The notes below the pieces were generated by a model. The model was not told the DNA's origin and did not search any database. It worked only from the letters and a program-made list of their open reading frames with translations. 64,000 nucleotides of DNA from Methanotrichaceae archaeon (lineage in GTDB: Archaea; Halobacteriota; Methanosarcinia; Methanotrichales; Methanotrichaceae): assembly GCA_963748825.1 (NCBI GenBank), contig CAVVKN010000009.1, positions 32,001-96,000 of the forward strand, in the 5' to 3' direction. Positions 9,408 through 19,741 of the stretch are shown in pieces; positions within the stretch are counted from its first letter, which is position 1, and the number at the start of each line of letters is the position of its first letter. The translations under genes and the position numbers were made by a program.

Positions 9408-11348
9408 GTGATTAAATCGGCAGAAGGATTTTTAATAACGGCCATGTTCATTGCAATTATGCTTTTAATTAGTGGTTCAAGCCTAGCCGCATCTCCTGAA
9501 AAGGGGATGGACGGACTGAATCGAAGTGAGATTACCACTTCCTGGGATTTGTCAAACCTATTTAAAGATAAAGAGACGGCAACCGCAGAATTCGAAGGGC
9601 AGCAAAAAATGTCTCAGGAGATAAATGCGACATTTCGCCCCCTGTTCAAAAACCTCACAGGAAAGGTTTTGCTGGAATATGTCGAGGCGAATAAGAACTT
9701 CAGCAGGAATTTAAGCGTCGTTATGGCATATGCTTATGCCCAAAATAGCCTGAATGTCAACGACAAATTCTTCGAGAAATTCGTCTCCGACGTACAGAAT
9801 TTATACACGGAGCATGCCAAGGCCACATCCTTCGCCGAAATATTGCTCAAGTCTCTCTCTCCAGCCGAATGGGACAGGCTATTTTCAGAGCAGCCGGGCC
9901 TGGAAAAGTACAGAGCATACCTGGAGAACAGCTACCAGCGCTACAGAGATCACCGGCCCAGAAATGAGACGCATGCCGCCTATCTGGCTGACATCTCCAA
10001 CCAGCTTATGAAGATCAATACCGAAGCGGAAAAGACGGTAACCAATAATGTTACAGTTGCTGGAAATATCACTTTAGAGGACGGAAGAGAGCTGGCCATA
10101 AATTCTCAAACCTACTCGGAACTACTCTCTACGGACAGCAACCGAAACAACCGAAAAATGGGGTACGACAAACGATTCTACCATCTCATCAACGAATCGG
10201 ATAAAATGTGCGAGATCTACGGCAATAAATCAAGACTAGACGACCTGCTCGCCCGAGAGCTGAATTACTCCGACTCTTACGACGCCAAGATGTTCGAGAC
10301 CTATCTCACCAAAGAGCAGGTAGAGACGATGAACCAGGTCTTCAAGGAGCGCAAGGGAGACTTTGATGGTTATTACGAGTTTCGAAAGACAAGGATGAAT
10401 CTGTCGCCCCTTAAGCCTTATGACCTGGCGCTTCAATTGCTGGAAAATCCCGACAAGAAATACGGCTACGAGGAGACGCTGGCTAACATATCTGCCTCTT
10501 ATGCGGCAATGGATCCGGCCTTCCAGGACATATTTGTAAGGACAACAACCAGCGGCTCAATGGATGTTTACCCCAACCCCGAAGGCGGAAAGCAGCCGGG
10601 AGGCTACTGCCAGGATATGTGTGCATTGCAGCGTCCTGCTTTGATATTCATGAACTACAAAGGTTTGATGCAAGACCAGAAGACCCTTACTCATGAGATG
10701 GGTCATGCCATCAACTTCTACCTGATGGGCAATAATGTGGATTACCTTTATTGTGCCGGCACCGAGTACGAGATGGAGATCCCCTCAACCTTCAATGAGG
10801 AGCTCTTTGTGGACTATGCCCTGAAAAACTACGACCAGGATACGGCCCTGGCAATTCTAGCCGAAACCCTCAGTGATTATGAGAACTACTTCACCTTCCA
10901 GCCCATGATCACCGAGTTTGAGAACAAGGCACACGAGCTTTGCCGCCAAAAAGCAAATGTGAGCGGCAGCGACCTTAACCTGCTCTGGACCAACTTATCC
11001 AAGGATTACCGAAGCGGTTTGGTAGATTATTATCCTGAGGACAGTGCCCAGTGGACCTACATCAGCCACATCTACCTCACCAACAACTACTACACCTTCA
11101 GCTATGCCCTGTCTAAAGCCGTGACTCTATCTTTATTCAAGATGTATAAGGAAGATCAGGAAAAGTTTAATGAAAATTACATGGCCTATCTCTCCGCCGG
11201 AAGCACCATGACCCCGCCGGAGAAGCTAAAGAAATTCTTCGGCATTGAGATCGATCGCAAGCTATTCGAGGATGCCATGGATGTTGTACAGATGAGGGTG
11301 CTCCAGTTGCAGGAGCTGGAAGGGAAGAGATCAGCAGGTTCCGCCTGA
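9408..11348 (+). CDS. Secreted M3B oligoendopeptidase F-family peptidase
   Basis: WDLS, GKQPGGY, THEMGH zinc motif, EIPSTFNE; signal peptide follows GTG 9408 (SD GAGGTG). Confidence 0.88.
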   Translation: MIKSAEGFLITAMFIAIMLLISGSSLAASPEKGMDGLNRSEITTSWDLSNLFKDKETATAEFEGQQKMSQEINATFRPLFKNLTGKVLLEYVEANKNFSRNLSVVMAYAYAQNSLNVNDKFFEKFVSDVQNLYTEHAKATSFAEILLKSLSPAEWDRLFSEQPGLEKYRAYLENSYQRYRDHRPRNETHAAYLADISNQLMKINTEAEKTVTNNVTVAGNITLEDGRELAINSQTYSELLSTDSNRNNRKMGYDKRFYHLINESDKMCEIYGNKSRLDDLLARELNYSDSYDAKMFETYLTKEQVETMNQVFKERKGDFDGYYEFRKTRMNLSPLKPYDLALQLLENPDKKYGYEETLANISASYAAMDPAFQDIFVRTTTSGSMDVYPNPEGGKQPGGYCQDMCALQRPALIFMNYKGLMQDQKTLTHEMGHAINFYLMGNNVDYLYCAGTEYEMEIPSTFNEELFVDYALKNYDQDTALAILAETLSDYENYFTFQPMITEFENKAHELCRQKANVSGSDLNLLWTNLSKDYRSGLVDYYPEDSAQWTYISHIYLTNNYYTFSYALSKAVTLSLFKMYKEDQEKFNENYMAYLSAGSTMTPPEKLKKFFGIEIDRKLFEDAMDVVQMRVLQLQELEGKRSAGSA

Positions 11349-11466
11349 ATTCAGGCGAATCTAAATTTCGTTCTTTGTCACTATTTTTACATTTACAAAT
11401 TCATAATATCCAAAAAAAAAGTTGCAGGAGCTGATATGCTCCAGGAACTACTATACGATCACTTTA

Positions 11467-11568
11467 CTAAAAGGTCAGTCTCTTCACAACTACTACAGCA
11501 AGCCCCGGAGCGGCCATCAGCAGATATAGCAAGGCCGTGGCCAGTGCAATTTTTATTTTCAGGTTCAT
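11467..11568 (-). CDS. Possible 33-aa hydrophobic peptide or signal-peptide remnant
   Basis: MNLKIKIALATALLYLLMAAPGLAVVVVKRLTF; GGAGG SD; hairpin plus T9 downstream. Confidence 0.4.
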   Translation of the reverse strand: MNLKIKIALATALLYLLMAAPGLAVVVVKRLTF

Positions 11569-12125
11569 GGAATCTCGCCTCCACCACATATCCTGTATTT
11601 GCCAAACGCCTGCAAGGGTATCTGTTAGGTATAAAAAGCTACAATTCATCATTAGACTAACCGACTTAACGATAGCATAAGTGGGATGTATACTCGCGTC
11701 GCAATTGCATCTATTACAGAAAATCCATTGCGTCAAGGAATAAATTTTTTATTCTTCCTTTGTACCACCTCTCCAAAATATTGGAGCGTCCCATCTAATA
11801 TACTTAATGGTGATAGAACTTTTTTTTGGGACTTCACACTTGAATATTCATAGGATTACTGCTAAATGAATGGCAGGAGAATACATACGATTCAATATGC
11901 TCGAAATTAACTTCCTGGCCGTCCTCCATGCGCTTTGTGGTAGCAAACCGTAACCCTTGGGATCTTATCTAATCAATGACAACTACTATCCAACCAAAGA
12001 GCCACAGAGTTTACAGAGTACGCAAAGAGTATCTCGGATCTTGATTGCGAATTGTCTCGATTAAGTCGCTGCAAATAACGAAAAGCCAAGGTTTATTTTC
12101 CCCCTGGCAAAATGAGCATACCATC

Positions 12126-12705
12126 ATGACCTCCACTGCCCCAATCAATAATGAAGAAGTCTACCAGCCAGCCGAGGATACCTATCTCCTCCTAAGAGCC
12201 GCACAATCCGAGGCCAGGCCAGAAGACCCAGGCCCTGGAGATTGGCTGCGGCAGCGGCTTTATCTCTCAGGAGCTGGTGGCGAAGGTCACACGCCTCATA
12301 GCCACGGACATAAATCCCCATGCAGTCCGGGCGGCCAGAGCCAGGGGAATCGAGGTCATAAGAGCTGATCTATTCAGGGGAATCAAAGGAAAGTTCGACC
12401 TGATACTCTTCAACGCACCATATCTGCCCACCGAGCCAAAAGAGAGAACCGGTCAATGGATAGACTACGCCCTGGACGGGGGCGAGAGCGGCCGGCAGAC
12501 GGTGGATCGATTTATCGAGGGTCTGGCCGAGCATCTGCGGCCCGGCGGTAGAGCACTGCTGCTCATATCCAGCCTGACCGGGCTCACAGAAGTACAGGAG
12601 ACGGCGAAGGCTGCCGGGTTTACGGTAGAGGTTGTGGCCGACGAGGGATGCTTTTTCGAGCGGCTTCACGTTCTCCGGCTGGGAACCATAGGTTCTTCAT
12701 TCTGA
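12126..12705 (+). CDS. HemK2/PrmC-type release-factor glutamine methyltransferase (one frameshift near 12228)
   Basis: VYQPAEDTYLL in one frame; LEIGCGSG, DINPHAV, FNAPY and DGG in the next. Confidence 0.85.
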
Positions 12706-13649
12706 TCAGGATCCGGAGCAACATAGCGCGGCATGGCATCAAGCAGACAGACTAGCTGATCCAGCACCTCATTTACGCCCTGACCGGTCTCGGTGGACAT
12801 GTTCAGCATATCTTTGTCTTCTCCAAATCTCAATATGTCTGCCTTATTGGCCACAACCAGAACGGGCAGCGTTAGCCAGTTCTTGAGATCCTCGGCCAGA
12901 GACAGCTGCGAATCGATAAGATAGCCGCAGTGCTCACTGGGGTCCAGGATAAAGAGAACGACTCCCTGCAGATGGCTCAAGGCGGCTACCGTCTGCCGCT
13001 CAATCTCATTTCTCTCTTCCATCGGTCGGTCAAGCAGTCCCGGCGTATCCACGACCTGATACTTTTGATCTCCCCGCATGAAGTGGCCTACAAAGATTCC
13101 CCGCGTGGTGAATGGATACATGGCGATCTCGGGCCGGGCTCCAGTGACTCGCACAATGAAGCTTGACTTGCCCACATTGGGGTAGCCGGCGATGAGAATG
13201 GTCGGCACCGCCGGGTCTATGGTCGGCATCTTGCGCAGCAGGTTGCGAGCTTCATTCAAGAATAGCAGATCCTTCTCAATGGACCTCATGACCGAAGAGT
13301 AGCGCCCAAAGGCTGACTTTCGGGCAGGACTGGTGTCCAGACCTCGAGACCTTCTAATATTGCCTACATACTCTTTTGAGATCAGTCTTATCTGTCGGGA
13401 AGCCCAACCCAGGCGAGACAGGCTGATGCGGATGCGATCCACGCCTGCGATTATGTCTGCCATCTCTCTGTAGAAAGGCGGCAGATTCTCAAATGAGGGG
13501 AATTTCTTGATCAGGTTGCTGAGATTGTCGGAGAGAATGTTGCCGGCGTTTTGCACCATGGACTCGTCATCTGTGGCGCGAGAGGCACGCCTAAAGGACT
13601 TATTTAAAAGCTCTTCTGATGTGGGTACGGTTGGAAGCTGTTCGAACAT
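12666..13649 (-). CDS. NOG1-family GTPase
   Basis: GYPNVGKS, YPFTT, DTPGLLDR, NKAD. Confidence 0.92.
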   Translation of the reverse strand: MFEQLPTVPTSEELLNKSFRRASRATDDESMVQNAGNILSDNLSNLIKKFPSFENLPPFYREMADIIAGVDRIRISLSRLGWASRQIRLISKEYVGNIRRSRGLDTSPARKSAFGRYSSVMRSIEKDLLFLNEARNLLRKMPTIDPAVPTILIAGYPNVGKSSFIVRVTGARPEIAMYPFTTRGIFVGHFMRGDQKYQVVDTPGLLDRPMEERNEIERQTVAALSHLQGVVLFILDPSEHCGYLIDSQLSLAEDLKNWLTLPVLVVANKADILRFGEDKDMLNMSTETGQGVNEVLDQLVCLLDAMPRYVAPDPDQNEEPMVPSRRT

Positions 13650-13775
13650 TACATAATAGGTTGCCGGCATGGGATGATAAACCTTTAGGCACCTCCCCCC
13701 CTGCGAGGGACATTTATAAATGGTTTTCGGAAGGCTTAAATATCAGTTCTGCATCTATATAGATGAGGTGGCCTC

Positions 13776-14060
13776 TTGAAGAGATTAGGCACCGCTCTTC
13801 ATGTTGTACAGAATAAATTGATTCTCCAAAGCGAGCAGATTGTTGGAAGCGAGACCAATATCCCCAGAACTAATTCCTGGGTTGTAGATCAGAAGAGGAC
13901 CAGAGTCGGAAAGGTTTTCGATATATTCGGCCCCATTAATCATCCGTACATCATCGTTCGACCAAATAGAGGTGTAGATGCCGCTGCCCACGTCGGAAAG
14001 AAGCTCTATATCGACGAGGCGCCGGGGAGAGATAGCAAGTGGAAGAGATTGAGAAGCTGA
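13776..14060 (+). CDS. gar1: H/ACA RNP protein Gar1/Naf1
   Basis: [15 protein letters not shown]; located directly upstream of tfb. Confidence 0.85.
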   Translation: MKRLGTALHVVQNKLILQSEQIVGSETNIPRTNSWVVDQKRTRVGKVFDIFGPINHPYIIVRPNRGVDAAAHVGKKLYIDEAPGRDSKWKRLRS

Positions 14061-15052
14061 GAGAGATAGAGAGGGTAGAGCCGGAAAAGCTCAAGGAAAG
14101 GACCCGGCTCAAGCGCGAGAAAGAGAAGGTAGACGAGTTCGAGAAGTTCACGGTAGAGTGTCCGGAGTGCAAGAGCCACACCCTCGTGCGCGACTATGAG
14201 CGCGCAGAGCTGGTCTGCTCTGATTGCGGTCTGGTAATCGACGAGAATTTCATCGACCAGGGGCCGGAGTGGAGAGCCTTCGACCACGACCAGCGCATGA
14301 AGAGGTCCAGAGTAGGAGCGCCCATGACCTACACCATCCACGACAAGGGCCTCTCCACCATGATCGACTGGAGGAACAGAGACTCCTACGGCAAGACCAT
14401 CTCCTCCAAAAACCGTGCCCAACTGTACCGGCTGAGAAAGTGGCAACGCCGCATCAGGGTTAGCAATGCCACAGAGAGAAACCTGGCCTTCGCGCTCTCT
14501 GAATTGGATAGGATGGCGTCTGCCCTGGGTCTTTCCAGAAACGTGCGAGAGACGGCGGCCGTTGTCTACAGAAAAGCCGTGGACAAGAACCTCATCCGCG
14601 GGCGGAGCATCGAGGGCGTGGCCGCAGCAGCGCTCTATGCCGCTTGCCGGCAGTGCAACGTGCCCCGCACACTGGACGAGATTGCTGAGGTTTCCAGGGT
14701 CTCTCGAAAGGAGATCGGCAGGACCTACAGATTTGTCTCCCGCGAGCTGGCACTCAAGCTCATGCCGACAAGCCCCATTGACTACATACCCCGCTTCTGC
14801 TCCGGTCTGAATCTGAAGGGCGAGGTACAGGCCAAGGGAATCGAGATCCTGCGCCAGGCAGCAGAGAAGGAGCTCACCAGCGGGCGCGGGCCCACGGGCG
14901 TGGCCGCAGCCGCAATCTACATCGCCTCCATCCTCTGCGGAGACCGAAGGACGCAGCGCGAGGTAGCTGATGTGGCAGGTGTGACTGAGGTTACTATCAG
15001 GAACCGCTACAAAGAGCTGGCAGAAGAGCTGGACATTGAGATAATCCTTTGA
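14039..15052 (+). CDS. tfb: Transcription initiation factor IIB
   Basis: CPEC..CSDCG Zn ribbon, GPEWRAF, two cyclin repeats, [10 protein letters not shown]. Confidence 0.97.
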   Translation: MEEIEKLREIERVEPEKLKERTRLKREKEKVDEFEKFTVECPECKSHTLVRDYERAELVCSDCGLVIDENFIDQGPEWRAFDHDQRMKRSRVGAPMTYTIHDKGLSTMIDWRNRDSYGKTISSKNRAQLYRLRKWQRRIRVSNATERNLAFALSELDRMASALGLSRNVRETAAVVYRKAVDKNLIRGRSIEGVAAAALYAACRQCNVPRTLDEIAEVSRVSRKEIGRTYRFVSRELALKLMPTSPIDYIPRFCSGLNLKGEVQAKGIEILRQAAEKELTSGRGPTGVAAAAIYIASILCGDRRTQREVADVAGVTEVTIRNRYKELAEELDIEIIL

Positions 15053-15518
15053 TCCGTTCTTCTCATAATTTTATTTAGATAGCATTTTTCGAATTGAAAA
15101 AGTCACGAAGCGCTTGCCACCTTTATTTAGTATTTCAAAGGATGTAGGTAAACGCAGACTATGTGTCGACTGAAAGCAGGAAAGCAGGCCGATAAGCAAG
15201 AAGACGGAAGTATTCTCGGGTCCAGGAAGAGAGCAGCAGGATGGAGAGCTGAGTCTTGTCGCCCATCTCGGCCAGCCCGACGGCCAGCAGTGGAATTATG
15301 ATCTCATCAAGCGCGATTTCAAACACCTTTTACCCGGAGAATTCAGGACTTTATGGTCCAGCTCTTGGCTTTAATAATTTTTGTGTCGCCTCACCGGTCC
15401 GCTAAAATCTATCACGAATAATATATAAAATTGGCAATGGGTCTGATATTTTGTCTTTTTCGGAATGCAATCTATAAATACTATTATTAGCAATATGCTA
15501 AGGGTTAGGTGAAATTTT

Positions 15519-16451
15519 ATGTACGAAAAGATCTTGATAGCTACGGATTTCTCTAAACATGCAGAGAAATTAATTGAATGCGTTGGAGAAATACCCGGCG
15601 TAAAAGAGGTCGTTCTCCTGCATGTTTTACCCAAAGATCCTCTCGCCCGTGTCTGGTCTCCCGGCGATGATCTCAAGCAAGCGGAAAATCAAATGGAAGC
15701 CCCCAAAAAGGTCCTGCAAGACGCAAATCTAAGTGTCAAGGTGAGAGCGGAGATCGCAGAAGAGACTCCAGAACACGTGGTAATAGAGCGTGTAGCCAAG
15801 GAGGAAAATGTCTCGCTCGTTGTGATGGGAGCGAGGGGAAGAAGCATCTGGCAGGGCCTGCTCTTAGGCAGCATCTCCAGCGGCGTTCTTCGCTATGGCA
15901 ATAAGGATCTTCTCATCATGCGCTACAAGACCTTGGACGAGGAAAAGGAGGAAATGGGCAAATTCTGCTCGCGCATTTTCGAGAGAGTCTTGGCGCCCAC
16001 CGATTTCTCTCCTGCCGGAAATGCAGCCATCGAAAAAATAAAAGCGGCAAAACTTACAAATAATGTGCTGCTGCTGAGCGTGGTGGCTAAGGGCGAAAAT
16101 CAATCCCATGTGGAGGCCGCTTTAAAGGATGCGCACGAAAAGCTTGAGGTGATGAAGGCAGATCTGGCTGCAGCCGGAATTAGCGCCAGGGCACTCGCAG
16201 TATCCGCGACTGCCGAAGAGCAGAGAACTTATGGCTCAGGCGGCATGGTTAAGGTAGCATCCTCTCACATGGCAACAGTAGGTGGAGTTGTTGATAGGAT
16301 CCTTGCAGTAGCGGAAGTTGAGGACGCTTCCTTGATTGCGTTGGGCTCTCATGGCAAGGGCTGGCTGGATGAAGCCACTATTGGCAGCGTAGTATCTGAT
16401 GTGGCCAGGATGGGACAGCGGCCAGTGCTGGTTGTCAGATCCAAAAAATAG
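15519..16451 (+). CDS. Tandem universal stress protein
   Basis: ILIATDFS..MGARG..LGS and VLAPTDFS..LGSHG..IGSV. Confidence 0.9.
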   Translation: MYEKILIATDFSKHAEKLIECVGEIPGVKEVVLLHVLPKDPLARVWSPGDDLKQAENQMEAPKKVLQDANLSVKVRAEIAEETPEHVVIERVAKEENVSLVVMGARGRSIWQGLLLGSISSGVLRYGNKDLLIMRYKTLDEEKEEMGKFCSRIFERVLAPTDFSPAGNAAIEKIKAAKLTNNVLLLSVVAKGENQSHVEAALKDAHEKLEVMKADLAAAGISARALAVSATAEEQRTYGSGGMVKVASSHMATVGGVVDRILAVAEVEDASLIALGSHGKGWLDEATIGSVVSDVARMGQRPVLVVRSKK

Positions 16452-16488
16452 GCAGAAATCCACTTTTTTTTAAGATATGCCTTTTCGA

Positions 16489-18297
16489 TTATCTTCCCCA
16501 GAAGGGATCCTTCTTGCGCTTGATCTCCAGGAAATTCTCCAGCACCTCGCGCTCGTCCTCCGCCAGCTTTGGCTTCAGCTCCAGCTCCACAATGCGAGCA
16601 TGCTTCTCAGGAATATTGACGTAGAGGATATCGCCCTCATGGATCTGGCGGCCTACTGTAGGCCCGTCGATGGATATGGCCACTTCCTGCCCGACGGTCG
16701 CGGAGCCGACGTTTTCATTGCGAGCCTGGATGCCCCTAATCTCGCCCACATTGGCACCATCATCTCTCATCAAATTGACGTGGGTTCGGACCACACCACC
16801 TATGATCTGCACACCTACGATGGCCGGCCTGGACTGACGGAAGACGCAGTCCGGCAAAATACGGAAGGCACCGGGCCGGATAACCGCCTCAAGCCGCTCC
16901 TGCTCTATGCGCATCTTCTGCTCCTCCGTCCACTGCTCATAGTTCTCCAGAATGGTGTAGATGATATCGCTGCAAAATACAGGCACATTGGTCTTCTGAA
17001 TCTCGCTGATGGCATCAGGCAAGATTTCCACATTGAAAGCCAAAATCGCAGAGAGCAGGGGATCTTTGATGGCCGAAGCGCGGATCACATCCCTTCGGGA
17101 AATGGGCCCTACATCAGCATGATGGATGGCTATATTCTTGGCCTTCAGCTCGCCCACCAGCGCTTCCAGCGAGCCGATAGCATCTGCTTTTAGGATCACG
17201 CCCTCGCTCTCAGCATCTATACGCACCGCCTCGAGTTCCGATTTCAGCTCCAGGGAAAGGGCCTCCACCTCTTCTACACAGGTTACCACTCGAATACTTG
17301 ATCCTGCCAGAGCGTTCTCCAATTTGGGTGCCGCTATCTTCACACCAGATGCTGCCGCCACATGCTTTACCGGCAGAAATCGCTCCTCGCTTCGAATCTC
17401 CGTCAGAGGCTTGGGCTTGAGCAGGGCTCTTATCTTTGTGACGATAGGCTCATTGGCCGTGCCTACAATTACCGTATCACCCGAGTTGAATTCGCCGTTG
17501 TAGAGTATAACGTCTAAAGTCGTGCCCAGGCCCTTCTCCTCTTTTACCTCTAAGATCGTACCCACACCAGGACCGGTAGCAGTTAGCTTCAGATTATCCT
17601 TCAAAAATTTTTGCGCCAGCCCTACTAAAATCATGAGAATATCGGGCACTCCTTCACCGGTGATGGCACTGATGGGCACAATTCCAATCGTTTTGGTGAA
17701 GTCGGGGATTCGATCATACCTGTCCCCGTCAAATCCACGCTTATAGAGCTCTCCCACCAGCTCGTAGATCTTTGTATCCAGCACCTCGGTCACTCTAGCA
17801 TTTTGCGCCTTGATGCTCTTGGCAAAAGGAGCGTTGGCTACAGCATGCCAGCCGCCCAGGCGATCCATCTTGTTGGCAGCGACGACAAAGGGAGTCTTAA
17901 AACGCTTGAGAATGGCCAGCGACTCGATAGTCTGGGGCTGGAAGCCCTCATTTACGTCCACAATCAGCACAGCTAAATCAGCCAGAGAGCCGCCTCTGCT
18001 CCGCATAGAGGTGAAAGCATGATGCCCCGGCGTGTCGATGAACAGCAGCCCGGGAATCTGCATCTCTTTGCCGAAATGCGATCCACAAAACTCCTGAATC
18101 ACGCTTAGCGGAACCTCCGTGGCTCCAATGTGCTGGGTAATGAGTCCGGCTTCGCCTTTGGCAACAGCCGTTCCCCTGATCTTATCTAAAAGAGAGGTTT
18201 TGCCGTGGTCCACATGCCCCATCACCACTACAATGGGTGTTCTGAGGTTGGAATCATCGTCTTTCGCTTTACCGGCCTTTTTGGACTTCTGTTGCAT
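16489..18297 (-). CDS. infB: Translation initiation factor aIF5B/IF-2
   Basis: GHVDHGKT, DTPGH, NKMD, C-terminal DPFWG. Confidence 0.96.
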   Translation of the reverse strand: MQQKSKKAGKAKDDDSNLRTPIVVVMGHVDHGKTSLLDKIRGTAVAKGEAGLITQHIGATEVPLSVIQEFCGSHFGKEMQIPGLLFIDTPGHHAFTSMRSRGGSLADLAVLIVDVNEGFQPQTIESLAILKRFKTPFVVAANKMDRLGGWHAVANAPFAKSIKAQNARVTEVLDTKIYELVGELYKRGFDGDRYDRIPDFTKTIGIVPISAITGEGVPDILMILVGLAQKFLKDNLKLTATGPGVGTILEVKEEKGLGTTLDVILYNGEFNSGDTVIVGTANEPIVTKIRALLKPKPLTEIRSEERFLPVKHVAAASGVKIAAPKLENALAGSSIRVVTCVEEVEALSLELKSELEAVRIDAESEGVILKADAIGSLEALVGELKAKNIAIHHADVGPISRRDVIRASAIKDPLLSAILAFNVEILPDAISEIQKTNVPVFCSDIIYTILENYEQWTEEQKMRIEQERLEAVIRPGAFRILPDCVFRQSRPAIVGVQIIGGVVRTHVNLMRDDGANVGEIRGIQARNENVGSATVGQEVAISIDGPTVGRQIHEGDILYVNIPEKHARIVELELKPKLAEDEREVLENFLEIKRKKDPFWGR

Positions 18298-18397
18298 ACT
18301 GGTCGCGCCCTGGAAGAAGTAAGTCTAAAAATTACATTTCATTTTAAGAATTTAAAGGCTCCGATGAGAGGAGGCAGAAATGCTTTCTGCCAGGGTC

Positions 18398-18856
18398 TCA
18401 CTCGTAGAGCCATGCTTCATCGATTCGCTTGTAGGCCACCAGTTCGCCTGAGCTGAAATGCAGCGCTATCTCGCGAGCCGCGGATGCGGCCGAATCCGAG
18501 CCGTGCACCACATTTCGTCCGGTCTCAATGGCCAGATCCCCTCTAATAGTCCCAGAGACGGCATCCACCGGATTGGTAGCGCCGTTCATCTTCCTCATGG
18601 CCGCAATAGCGCCCCGTCCCTCAACCACCATAGAGACGGAGGGGCCAGAGGTGATGAAATCTACCAGATCCTGGTAAAACTTCTTGCCCACGTGCTCCAC
18701 GTAGTGCTCTTTGGCCTTCTCCACAGGCATTAGAGCGAGCTTCATAGCCACTATCTTGAAGCCTTTCTCCTCAATGCGCTGCAATATCTTGCCAATGAGA
18801 GCGCGCTGCACACCATCGGGCTTTACCATGACAAAGGTTCGCTCTAACTCCGCCAG
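18398..18856 (-). CDS. ndk: Nucleoside diphosphate kinase (probable CTG start)
   Basis: (L)AELERTFVMVKPDG..NVVHGSDS; in-frame TAA two codons upstream of the CTG. Confidence 0.93.
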   Translation of the reverse strand: MAELERTFVMVKPDGVQRALIGKILQRIEEKGFKIVAMKLALMPVEKAKEHYVEHVGKKFYQDLVDFITSGPSVSMVVEGRGAIAAMRKMNGATNPVDAVSGTIRGDLAIETGRNVVHGSDSAASAAREIALHFSSGELVAYKRIDEAWLYE

Positions 18857-18859
18857 GGC

Positions 18860-19030
18860 TTATGCCCCCTTTCTGGCCCACTTGGTTTTTCTTGTTACAC
18901 GACCAAGAGCTACGTTATTCTCGCACTTGGCTGAGCAAAAGTAAAAGACCGTGCCATCCTTTTTAGCATAAAGCTTGCCAGTGCCCGGCTCGACGGTCTT
19001 ATTGCAAAAGGAACACTTTCTTATTTCCAT
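18860..19030 (-). CDS. rpl24e: 50S ribosomal protein L24e
   Basis: [36 protein letters not shown]; too short for the ORF track. Confidence 0.93.
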   Translation of the reverse strand: MEIRKCSFCNKTVEPGTGKLYAKKDGTVFYFCSAKCENNVALGRVTRKTKWARKGA

Positions 19031-19036
19031 CTATCT

Positions 19037-19249
19037 TCACCTGCTGGTAAGCTTCTTGGCTTCTCTGGCAGTCTCGAGCAGCATCAGGACATCGCCCATG
19101 CGGATGGGTCCCATGCAATTCCTGGTGATAATACGGCCCTTGTTGTTGCCCTCCAGGATACGGCACTTGATCTGCATCGCCTCACCATGCATGCCGGTGA
19201 CGCCGATGACCTCAATAACCTCTGCCGCTACTCCGTTATCATCCTCCAT
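19037..19249 (-). CDS. rps28e: 30S ribosomal protein S28e
   Basis: [23 protein letters not shown]. Confidence 0.95.
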   Translation of the reverse strand: MEDDNGVAAEVIEVIGVTGMHGEAMQIKCRILEGNNKGRIITRNCMGPIRMGDVLMLLETAREAKKLTSR

Positions 19250-19259
19250 CGGATATCAC

Positions 19260-19628
19260 CTACTTCAAAGCTGCCACTTTCTGGACGATTTCATCAAGCA
19301 ACTCTTTTGCCTTTCCGGGCTCTACGATTGCCGCAGCGGCGCTCTTTACGCTAAGGCCGGCAGCGGCACCAAGCTCGCTCTGCTTCTTGACATAGATGTA
19401 AGGAGTCTTCTTCTCTTCGCAAAGAGCTGGAATATGTGCCACAATCTCAGGAGGGGTAACATCTTCGCCGACAATAACAAGGCGAGCCACACCGCGCTCG
19501 ATGGCCTTGGTGGCCTCGTTGGTTCCCTTCTTTATTCTGCCTGTATCACGAGCCATTTCGAGAGCTTCAAGAGACATGCTGGCCAGCTCTGCTGGAACAT
19601 CAAATCTTACGAATATTGGTCTTGCCAT
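19260..19628 (-). CDS. rpl7ae: 50S ribosomal protein L7Ae
   Basis: [32 protein letters not shown]. Confidence 0.96.
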   Translation of the reverse strand: MARPIFVRFDVPAELASMSLEALEMARDTGRIKKGTNEATKAIERGVARLVIVGEDVTPPEIVAHIPALCEEKKTPYIYVKKQSELGAAAGLSVKSAAAAIVEPGKAKELLDEIVQKVAALK

Positions 19629-19741
19629 AATTTAATCTCCTTCCGGGCTGCTTGCCCATCATCATTCATCGCAAAAACGCCTAAACGATTTAGACGGTTC
19701 AGATTAGATCAGCCATTAGCTCCATATGTAAAAAGGTTGCG

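Noticed and set aside
15160-15372. Coding-like stretch between tfb and the USP gene
   Set aside because: No convincing start or recognisable homology; possibly a remnant, but unsupported
16477-17193. Long antisense ORFs (e.g. 16477..17193, 18975..19745, 56994..57644, 58456..59526)
   Set aside because: Shadows of well-supported genes on the other strand in GC-rich coding DNA
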